Part shown: piece after piece, positions 1 to 8,700 of the stretch
Layout of the letters: every line of letters begins with the position of its first letter
Numbering within the stretch: the stretch's first letter is position 1
Source: a virus
Lineage: Duplodnaviria; Caudoviricetes
IMG/VR virus record: IMGVR_UViG_3300042350_003801
Reading direction: 5' to 3' (one strand)
DNA length: 64,000 bases
Made by a program: the position numbers and the translations under genes
The notes under the pieces: generated by a model
The model's database searches: none
Told to the model about the DNA's origin: nothing
The model's input: the letters and a program-made list of their open reading frames with translations, nothing else

Positions 1-395
1 TCCCCGATGAACCTAGTTGCAGTGACAATACCACCTGAAATTTGAGCGCCACTAATAGTTGAAGGACCGGTTACATTTAAGGATGTTACAGCTGCAATTC
101 CACCAATTACATTATATGCAACCCCAGAATTTAATGCATAAGATATTATTCCAACAATATTACTTGCGGTAATGCCAGTCAACCCTGAACCATCCCCCAC
201 GAACTTGGTCGCAGTAACAATACCCCCCGAAATTTGAGCGCCACTAATATTTGAGGGGCTGGTTACACTTAGGGAAGTTACAGATGTAATTCCCAAATTT
301 GTTCTACCGATTACATCTAAGACTAGATTAGATTCAGTATAACTGCTTATACCAATTTTTAAACTAAGTTCTCTTCCGCTAAGATAGTCTGACAT
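1..395 (-). CDS. 5' part of a tail-fibre-like virion structural protein (runs off the window start)
   Basis: Manual translation from ATG at 395 gives MSDYLSGRELSLKIGISSYTESNLVLDVIG... with two copies of the cyanomyovirus fibre repeat TSL(S/N)VT(S/G)PSxISGAQISGGIVTAT(K/R)FxG. The frame is open to position 1 and is missing from the ORF track because it is truncated. Confidence 0.8.
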   Translation of the reverse strand, partial: MSDYLSGRELSLKIGISSYTESNLVLDVIGRTNLGITSVTSLSVTSPSNISGAQISGGIVTATKFVGDGSGLTGITASNIVGIISYALNSGVAYNVIGGIAAVTSLNVTGPSTISGAQISGGIVTATRFIG

Positions 396-396
396 A

Positions 397-738
397 TTAG
401 TTGAGAGTATTTAGTATGCTAGCAATTAGTTTTAATTCTGTTCCACTACTACCATATGCTATCAATGAATCACCACTTTCAAGAACAAATTTACCATAAA
501 AAGGCTTAAAACTGTCTTTTGATGACACTGGACGTTGAATATGAATTGGAGTAGTTACCGGAACACCTGAAATTGTTCTTTCGTGTGAAATTGAAACATC
601 ATATGAAACTGATCCACTATTTACGATATTGCAAAAAAGGGCAACTCCAGTATAACCGATGGGGGCGGTATATACTTTTTCTGGAGTAGTGCCTAAAACT
701 TTTGTAATAGTTTTAAAGACATTAAGTGCTAGAGCCAT
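397..738 (-). CDS. small conserved cyanomyovirus virion-associated protein
   Basis: 113-aa ORF tightly packed with its neighbours in a structural cluster; beta-rich composition typical of this family. Confidence 0.7.
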   Translation of the reverse strand: MALALNVFKTITKVLGTTPEKVYTAPIGYTGVALFCNIVNSGSVSYDVSISHERTISGVPVTTPIHIQRPVSSKDSFKPFYGKFVLESGDSLIAYGSSGTELKLIASILNTLN

Positions 739-765
739 TCTATTATATTTCTTTCGTTAATATGT

Positions 766-1125
766 CTATTTATAAGATTTATACTCAGTAATCTCTGAGC
801 CGTAAAACACATTAATTTCCTTTTTTATTTTGGATCTCAAATCATTAGTCTTATAAACACTTCTCGCTAAATCTATAAATTCTTCCGAAAACTCATTTTC
901 TTTTTCTAATTCCCTCAAGGTATCTTCAATATTCCAAAGGATTAAATTAGTATGATAGAGAACTTGAATAAACTCATCGTTTAAGATATTAAACTCTTTT
1001 GCAATGCCAGAGAGTTTATCTAGTTCTTTACCCACTTCAATATTTTTAGAGTGCTCATACTTTAGCATCAAGATTGTAATCTTATCTAAAAGTTCACCAA
1101 CTGACACTGGAATTGTTATTAACAT
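766..1125 (-). CDS. DUF6165-like hypothetical protein
   Basis: N-terminal IPVSVGELLDKITIL and C-terminal LARSVYKTNDLRSKIKKEIN match my recollection of DUF6165. Confidence 0.7.
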   Translation of the reverse strand: MLITIPVSVGELLDKITILMLKYEHSKNIEVGKELDKLSGIAKEFNILNDEFIQVLYHTNLILWNIEDTLRELEKENEFSEEFIDLARSVYKTNDLRSKIKKEINVFYGSEITEYKSYK

Positions 1126-1127
1126 AA

Positions 1128-4100
1128 TTAGTCTCCGCCTAGTGCTAAAATAAAGGGAGTTAGAGTTGAGAAAAGACTCTTTGTATAAGATGAACCCGAA
1201 ACTGTACCAGTGTTTTGATTTACAATTACGCCGTCGCCAATTCTAAAGTTACCAGATTGGTCTGTACTCGTGTAAACAACAAGACCACCATTTTTAGATA
1301 CAGTTTCATTTTCTTGAATTGGTAGACCACCAAGCCAAGGAAGGGCGTTATCAATAAAATCTCCGGCACCTATGTATTGGAAAGAATGGCCAGAGGCAAG
1401 AATACGACTTTGTTTATAAAATGGAACTTCAGTTCCGATGCCAATAAATGCCGGAACATTTTCGTTGAAAAATACTCTATATTTATCGTTTCCAATTGGA
1501 TCTGCCTTTGCAACAGAATAATAAGTTGGCCGGGTTGATGCAATAAGTCTTGCAGTATTGAATCCTACGCTTGGACCTTCTATCGTAATTCTTGGGACTC
1601 TAGTATAACCACGACCAGAAGATACAATTTCAATAGTGGAAACTGAGCCATTTGAAATTTCTGCCACCGCTTGTGCTGCAACTCCCCAGGGTGAATCTGG
1701 GTCTTCAATTGTAATGTTTGGAGCAAAAGTATAACCAGTTCCCCCTGCTCCAACTGCAATGGTATCAATGTCATAAGTAAGGTCGCCAAAATAAACAACT
1801 TGACCATCAAAAGGCCTAATTGTGCTGCATTCTGTAATACCACCGGAGTTATAATAATGTTTCTGTGTTGCGATACCAACATTGATGCTGAATACCGTGC
1901 TAGCGAGAGAAACATTTGGAAGTGAATTTAGATTACCGTTATTTAAATTGACAGTTAAAATACCGGCAAGATTGTCAATAGTTGTAAGAACGTTTGCACA
2001 AGAATTTGGACTCGTATTAAATCCGGTTAACGGGTCTGGAGCAAGTGCATAATTCTTGTTATTCAATTGGTTATTGACTGCAAGTTTGATATAATCTCTT
2101 GCTGCCGTAAATGCTGTAATAGATTCAGATACTTCTCCAACAAGACCATTAGAAATAGGAGAACCATTTCTATTGAAATAAGATTTAGTGGACCTAATGA
2201 TTTCTCTATTGGTATAATTTAATAGGTCTGAAGCGATTGCGTCTACAATATATCCTATGTCTCTTGCACATTTTGAACCTCCTTCCGCGAACCCTCCTAT
2301 ATTTTCATTTGGAAGTGCATTGAGAACACCAGCACTTAGAACAGTTGTAACAATACCAACAAGATTGTTAATATTTGATTGCACATCAAAACAAGCTCCA
2401 AAGTCAGAATTTGGAACGGTGGAACCAATGACATTATAAATTGTAGTCCCAACCGATACAGTTGAATCTTTGTTGTTAAGGTTATTTGTAATCGCCTGGC
2501 GCATAAAACTGCCAGCTGCCATAAATGCCTGAATGGACTCAGCCTCTTCGCCAACTAGACCATTTATAATAGGTTGACCTGAATTATTAAAGTATTGTAA
2601 GGTAAACCCTCTTGCATACTTGTTACCTCCGGTAAATACGTCAGTAGAAATGGCATCCACAAAATAACCTAAATCTCTATAGCACTTTGAACCACCAGTC
2701 GTAAATGATCCAACATTAACGCTCGGTAGACTAACTAGATTCCCTGCTCCAATAACAGTTGTAATAATTCCAACAAGATTATCGACGTTTGATCTGACAT
2801 CCGCACATGCATTTGGATTGGTATTGGAAATACTTACACCAACCCCGGCATAAGTTAAAGGGCCAGTAGAAACAGTTAAGTCTTTGACCGATAGATTGTT
2901 AGTGATGGCAAGTTTTATGAGTTCTCTTGCCTCTTGAAAAGCAAAAATGGATTGAGTTTCCTCACCAACAAGACCATTAGAAATCGGAACACCCATACCA
3001 TTAAAATATTGCTTGACAAACTCTCTTGAATAATTGTTTCCACCTGTGAATACATCTGCTGAAACAGCATCTATAAAATACCCCAAATCTCTTTTACATT
3101 TGCTTACAGTTGTGCTGATGCCAGGGTATTGAATTAGAGCATTATTCCAGGCTGTGTTTACAATTTCTGTTTTATTTTGCTGAATTAATCTATATGCATC
3201 ATAATAACGAGAACGACCGTTAGTTTGAGAATCACCAGGGAAATAAAAATCTGGATTAAAAATAGCAATAGCTGCTAGCGACTTTTCTACAATTTCTCGC
3301 TTGTTCTGTTGAATGAGCCTATAAGCATCATAATACCGAGAACGAGAATTAGTTTGTGAATCAAATGGAAAATAAAAGTCGGGATGATTAATGGCAATAG
3401 CAGCGAGAGACTTATCTACAATCTCCTGCTTATTGAGCTTAATCATATTAGATGCATCAATAAAGCGTCCGGGTGCAACAGTTTTTACTTCAAAAGTATA
3501 ACCTTTACTCCCGCTAGGATAAGTTAGAATTCCAGCGGAAGTGGGACAAGTGAAACCCAAACCAGAAATTGTAACTGACATCCCCACATTAAACCTATGT
3601 GGAGCATTTGTGTAAATAGTTGCAATACCAGAAACATTATCATAAAGGGCATTGACAACATTAAATGACGGGGTAGACAAATCAATATCAAATCTATCAC
3701 TATCGGCACCGGCAGTTGCAGTAACGATGCCCAGAAACTTCATAGGGCTGACACTATCAGCAATCATACCATATGTGCCGAATGACGAGTTGGAGTTCGT
3801 AAGGTCGCAAGCACCACCGGAACCACAGTAAATTGCGATATTATCACAAATTGTAAAGATAGATACCAACTGGGCATAAGCACTATTAGTAATAGAAACT
3901 CCAATACCACCTTGATTATACTGGGTATATGAGTCAACAACCATACTCTTAAGTGGTCCAATTACAATGTCGCCATCAATTTGCATTCCGATACTTCCAG
4001 GAATGAAATTAGTGCAGTTTCTAACATAGGGAGACTGATTAATATACCGTTGCTCTTTTGGGTCAAATGAGAAGATTGCCTTTCCTGGCATAGTGCCATA

Positions 4101-4550
4101 AAAAGATACATTTTCAAACTGATTACCAGAGCCCCAATAGAACAAATCTTTATCGGGATTTAATGGCTGAATACTAACTTCTCTAAGGTTCGTTCCGGTA
4201 AAGCTTACTTGGTCTGGAACCGTGATGGGATTATCTTCAAAGTATGTTCCTGGTGAGATTTCGATAGTAGTTTCAGCCTTTGAGATGGAAACTGCTGCTT
4301 TGATTGTTGCTTTTGCATCACCTAATCGTAAACCGGTATTTGTATCCTTTCCGTCTTTTGTCACATAAACTGTATTTCTTACCGAAGAGCCTACTGATAC
4401 ACTTACAATATCAGTACCAATTCCCGGCCTTTCGCGTTTAATATAAAGTTCTGCATCATAGGTGTTTAGGGCAAGCTGTCCTAACTCTAGATTAGTAGGC
4501 TTTTTTCCTTGAACAGGCGAACGTTTAATGCGAATACGTGGATCGGCCAT
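1128..4550 (-). CDS. large virion structural / tail-associated protein with internal repeats
   Basis: 1140 aa. Fibre-type N-terminus (RIRIKRS...LELGQLALNTYD), VYVTKDGKDTNTG beta-helix entry motif, repeated KCxRDxGYxxDA and YDAYRLIQQNK units, and GTGYT-type baseplate/fibre repeats. Confidence 0.8.
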   Translation of the reverse strand: MADPRIRIKRSPVQGKKPTNLELGQLALNTYDAELYIKRERPGIGTDIVSVSVGSSVRNTVYVTKDGKDTNTGLRLGDAKATIKAAVSISKAETTIEISPGTYFEDNPITVPDQVSFTGTNLREVSIQPLNPDKDLFYWGSGNQFENVSFYGTMPGKAIFSFDPKEQRYINQSPYVRNCTNFIPGSIGMQIDGDIVIGPLKSMVVDSYTQYNQGGIGVSITNSAYAQLVSIFTICDNIAIYCGSGGACDLTNSNSSFGTYGMIADSVSPMKFLGIVTATAGADSDRFDIDLSTPSFNVVNALYDNVSGIATIYTNAPHRFNVGMSVTISGLGFTCPTSAGILTYPSGSKGYTFEVKTVAPGRFIDASNMIKLNKQEIVDKSLAAIAINHPDFYFPFDSQTNSRSRYYDAYRLIQQNKREIVEKSLAAIAIFNPDFYFPGDSQTNGRSRYYDAYRLIQQNKTEIVNTAWNNALIQYPGISTTVSKCKRDLGYFIDAVSADVFTGGNNYSREFVKQYFNGMGVPISNGLVGEETQSIFAFQEARELIKLAITNNLSVKDLTVSTGPLTYAGVGVSISNTNPNACADVRSNVDNLVGIITTVIGAGNLVSLPSVNVGSFTTGGSKCYRDLGYFVDAISTDVFTGGNKYARGFTLQYFNNSGQPIINGLVGEEAESIQAFMAAGSFMRQAITNNLNNKDSTVSVGTTIYNVIGSTVPNSDFGACFDVQSNINNLVGIVTTVLSAGVLNALPNENIGGFAEGGSKCARDIGYIVDAIASDLLNYTNREIIRSTKSYFNRNGSPISNGLVGEVSESITAFTAARDYIKLAVNNQLNNKNYALAPDPLTGFNTSPNSCANVLTTIDNLAGILTVNLNNGNLNSLPNVSLASTVFSINVGIATQKHYYNSGGITECSTIRPFDGQVVYFGDLTYDIDTIAVGAGGTGYTFAPNITIEDPDSPWGVAAQAVAEISNGSVSTIEIVSSGRGYTRVPRITIEGPSVGFNTARLIASTRPTYYSVAKADPIGNDKYRVFFNENVPAFIGIGTEVPFYKQSRILASGHSFQYIGAGDFIDNALPWLGGLPIQENETVSKNGGLVVYTSTDQSGNFRIGDGVIVNQNTGTVSGSSYTKSLFSTLTPFILALGGD

Positions 4551-4587
4551 TTATTCTGCTGGAATCATTATTTATTATTTATTGGCG

Positions 4588-4737
4588 TCAATATTCTTCC
4601 TCTGAAGAACATTGAAGTTCTTGAACTTGTTTTTGTAAATTTATAATCTGTGCTTCCAATGCAACATTTCTGTTAAATAAATCAAAAGTTTTTTGTTGAT
4701 ATACTTCAATAATTTGTTTCAATGCTTCTTCGTTCAT
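4588..4737 (-). CDS. 49-aa coiled-coil hypothetical protein
   Basis: Manual translation MNEEALKQIIEVYQQKTFDLFNRNVALEAQIINLQKQVQELQCSSEEEY*. Its ATG overlaps the upstream stop (TAATG coupling). Confidence 0.65.
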   Translation of the reverse strand: MNEEALKQIIEVYQQKTFDLFNRNVALEAQIINLQKQVQELQCSSEEEY

Positions 4738-5528
4738 TAATAAATGCCCTCATCTATACTAACATTTTGCAGTTGTAGCTCACCATTATTGCAGCCAATT
4801 ACAACTTGTGGGCCACTTGAACAAGAATTATTAATCCAAAGAGAATCAACTTCAATTGGAGCAAATTCTGAAATCGTCAATTGTGGGCTACTATATTGGT
4901 CTCCGGTATTTGTTGAAATGAAGTTATTAGAAAATTGGAATCTTTTTGTGGAATATTCCCAAATAAGGGCAGTTCTCTTTCTGGTGTTTGATTCATTATA
5001 GTTAAAAACTAGACCCAAATCCCAAGTTGTATCCGATACAACACCAACCCCGCCATTCAAAAGGCCAATGTCAAGAAGGCGGCCCTCTACAGATAGTGAA
5101 GGGACATTACTAATGAAAGAACCATTAACAACTAGATTATTATTGACTAGAACATTATTGGGAAATAATACATCAGATCCTCCGAAACCAACTACGGCTT
5201 GCCCAGTTGATGAAAGAATTTCATCGCCACCTATTTTAACTTTTCCAATGAAAGAAGTAATACCTGGGTTAGAAGTATTACCAATAGTGAGCGACGATGT
5301 TGCATATGAAATTATGCTTCTATATGGATTAAAACTTAAGCCTGAACTTGTAAAAACTGGGTTAGGTGAGGGGGTCGTTGAATTAACTCCAACGAAAGTC
5401 AAATAATAAAGAGCATCATTTTCTTTCTTTTGCGTGTAAATCCTAAAAGCAGAGTCGGCGATCGGGTCCTGAATCGTGCTTACTTTATGGATTCCCGGCC
5501 CTAGTCTTACCGAATATTGGTCGCTCAT
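4737..5528 (-). CDS. tail-fibre-like structural protein
   Basis: 263 aa with a segment typical of cyanomyovirus fibre proteins (VEGRLLDIG...WDLGLVFNY...ALIWEYSTKRFQF). Confidence 0.65.
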   Translation of the reverse strand: MSDQYSVRLGPGIHKVSTIQDPIADSAFRIYTQKKENDALYYLTFVGVNSTTPSPNPVFTSSGLSFNPYRSIISYATSSLTIGNTSNPGITSFIGKVKIGGDEILSSTGQAVVGFGGSDVLFPNNVLVNNNLVVNGSFISNVPSLSVEGRLLDIGLLNGGVGVVSDTTWDLGLVFNYNESNTRKRTALIWEYSTKRFQFSNNFISTNTGDQYSSPQLTISEFAPIEVDSLWINNSCSSGPQVVIGCNNGELQLQNVSIDEGIY

Positions 5529-5585
5529 CGTGCTGCGGTCTCCTCTACCATAATTGTACCTCTAACTGCCTTGATTGTCTCAAAC
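5525..5585 (-). pseudogene. relic 3' end of a gene duplicated from the N-terminal domain of the 1666-aa protein
   Basis: 5542-5585 is identical over 44 bp to 10453-10496. It translates FETIKAVRGTIMVEETAAR*, has no upstream ATG, and its TGA overlaps the ATG of the next gene. Confidence 0.7.
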
Positions 5586-5661
5586 GTTACCCCTAGGGCT
5601 GCTGTGGGGGCTCTGTGGAGTGCCCAGAATGTCTTCTTGTTGTGTACTCGTTAGTATGAAT

Positions 5662-5669
5662 TATTTATT
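5662..5669 (-). promoter_or_regulatory. T4-type late promoter (AATAAATA)
   Basis: TAAATA core in the intergenic region upstream of 4737..5528. Confidence 0.55.
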
Positions 5670-5767
5670 AATTGATCTTGTTTGAAATTGAAAATGTAGT
5701 CAATTTGTCGGTAACAATAGAGATTATATTTGATAAATAATAACAAGATTTTTAAAGAATGTAATTT

Positions 5768-8700
5768 CTACTCTACAAGTGGACTAAACCCAAACTTGCC
5801 GTCATCCTCGTAAAGCGTCAAGCCGCCGAAGTCTAAATCGTAATTAACCGACTTATCATCAAAGTAGAACTTAAAAAGGGCATTAGATGTGCTTGGGTCA
5901 ATTAGAGTCCGATCGTAGTCGGGGGCTTTAATCTGAAAGACGTATTTCCTCCAGAATGGGGTTAAGGTGAACTTGGTGAAGAAGCCTCCATCAACCCTAA
6001 AATTGTTACCAGACGTTCCGGCATAGAACTGGGTGAAGAGGGTAACAGGATTTCTATTGTTTGATCTAGCCCACAGGACAAGAAGCAGTGATTTTTTCCT
6101 TAGCCTGTCAAGTTCCTCTGGGTAGCCAACTCTTGCAGCCCAAGTTCTGATCTCGCAGGTTTGGAAAGTGTATGAAGTAACTCCCGTTTCTGCATCTTTC
6201 TTTATATTATAGTAGTAGTATGACGGGTTCTCTTGCCCTGAAGCATAAGACCCGTTCCCGGCTATAAGCTCCTTGACTAAATCATTTCTGCGTAGCCTAC
6301 TTATTCTAAGGGGCTTTTGTATGGATGCACTGGGACCCATCACGATTGAGTTTCCTCGATCCCCAAAAAAGTGTTCTAGCTGTGTGCTGGCGGGAGTAAA
6401 GAATAGTGTGTCTGGGGGCAGACTGCCATTGTTTACGGTGGCGTACGGTCGGGTAAATGGCTTTAGGGTCTTCAGTAATCCGTAGCGAGAGATTGACTTA
6501 TCTACCCTTATCATCTGCATATATCCCTGGAAGAAATCAGTCGCTCCTGTAAATCCGCCGCGTCCCATAATTGGCCGGTTGAAACCTGAGACGATGAATC
6601 TGCCACTGAACTGTGTTGTTAATGTAGCCTCAGGGGTCTCGTCAATATAAATTCTCACCACCCCCGAAAACCGGCTCATAGTAATCCTACTAAAGATATT
6701 GGTAGGAATAGTTCTAGTGCTAGTGAAGTCTATGGTTTGGCCGCCAGTGCTGCGATTTTTGGCTAACGCTAGCTTTCCGTTTGCATCCAATATAAGCGCA
6801 AAAGGCGCCGCCTCCGAAGTAGCCCCAAAGTCAATTAGAGTCTGAACAACATTATTTCTAAGCGGGTAAACCAATAAATCCAAATCAAAATCACCTGTGC
6901 CAAAGTAGAATGGTGCAGCAGGGTCATTGTTAGTTGATACTGATGGAGTAAGAAGAGATGTTGTGCCGTTAAAAGAAAAGCTACCTGTGCCAAACTTGAA
7001 AACAGAGGTGCTGATTGAGACATTTGTATTATTCAAGGTAAGGCTTCGTGAGCTTCTATCCGTGAACTCATGCCCATTTAGAACCAGCGAAGTGCTGGGG
7101 AAATATGTATCTATATTGTCTTCGGTGCCCTCGGCATCAAAATTAGCCTTAGTTGGATTTATTAGGAGGTTGGAGATTTTCGAGTCCCCTTGTCGTGAGA
7201 CCCCGAACTGGTTTTTTATTTGAACAGTGTTCCCGCTAAAATTGACCTCATTTGCGACAAAATCAAACTCGCTTTCAATTGAGTATACTGACGCCCTGGT
7301 GCATCCGTTTAATGCATTCCCGTTGACTGTCCAGTTCTTGCATCTTTCAATGGTTAAGCAGGTGTATGGCCTGATATATAGCCTCCTACCATCAGATTCG
7401 TAACGCCTGTAGGGGGTAGAACTGGAGCCGCCACTGTCGCACCCCCTTACAAAGGCAGCACCATTAACCACCCAATCCTTACAATCAATAGCATTAATAT
7501 GTGTGGAGACCTGTGGAGGACTGTCTGGCATATAGTATTTCCCACGCGGCGGGATTCTACGCCCGTTTCTAAAAAAGAAGCAGTTGGAGATTGCCCAGTT
7601 GTCGGATCGGTCAGCGTCTACATTGGTAAATCCGCATGTATCCCAATAGACACCGCTCCAGATGTTATCTGGACTAAACAATGCAGTAACCCCGTGCTCA
7701 TGGATATATTCAATTCTGCCGTTAATATAAGTACATGCAGCGGTCCCGCCCCGCATTTGTAAACCAATTCTAGTGTTATAGATGTAAAAGCTCTCCATTC
7801 GGGAGTCATACATATTGTCGGAGGAAATACCAGTATCGCAGGAGTTAATAAAAAAGTTCCTAAAGATATGAACATTGCTGGGGCCATCAACCAACACACC
7901 AGCCCCACCCTTGAAATTTCTCACCATAAAGTTGTCTAACTTGGCGCTCCATTCACATGCGATACCGTTGGCATATTTGCCCCCGACAGGGATTCCTGAG
8001 ATAAGGCCGCTGCTAGATATTGTCAGCCCAGAGGGAAGTGACTTTGCACTAAAAGTACATCCATCCACCGTTGCCTCTACCTGATAGGAGTAGGGATGGC
8101 CCGCGACGGCCGACGGAAGGTTCCAGATCAAAGAGGTTTTCAACTGGGGGCGGACGGTCCATGATGTCCCGTTAAACCCGATCATTGTTCCAAAGATTTT
8201 TCCAGTAGAGTCAGTGAATTTAACGAAAAATGAGAAGTTCCCCGAAGTAGTTGATGTTCCAGTGATAAAGCCCCGGATGCCGTCTGTTGAAAGCGTCAAT
8301 CCTGGGGCAGGTTGCGTTGCTGTTGGATAACCGGGTTGATTATTGCCGCCGCCCGCCGATCTGGCTACATCAATCTCCCATGTGAATGGCCCAACTCCAC
8401 CTACTGGATACAGCACGCCAGAATAAACCACGCCGAGCCTTGCTTCCGGGAGCGAGCCATACATCGAGGGGAAAGCGGTATTTTCAACCGTAAAGTCTAT
8501 GAAGATTTCGTCAATTAGAGTGTTCGCGTCAAAACTAACCGTATTGGTCGCACTTGTGATAGCAATTTTTAAGGTGTATTTTCCGAATGCGTTTGCGGGG
8601 GGAGTACCAGTGATTTCACCAGTGGTTTGGTTCATTGTGAGACCGCTGGGACCATCAATCAGCCACCAATAGTGGGCTATGCCGTCATTATTCAGAACAT

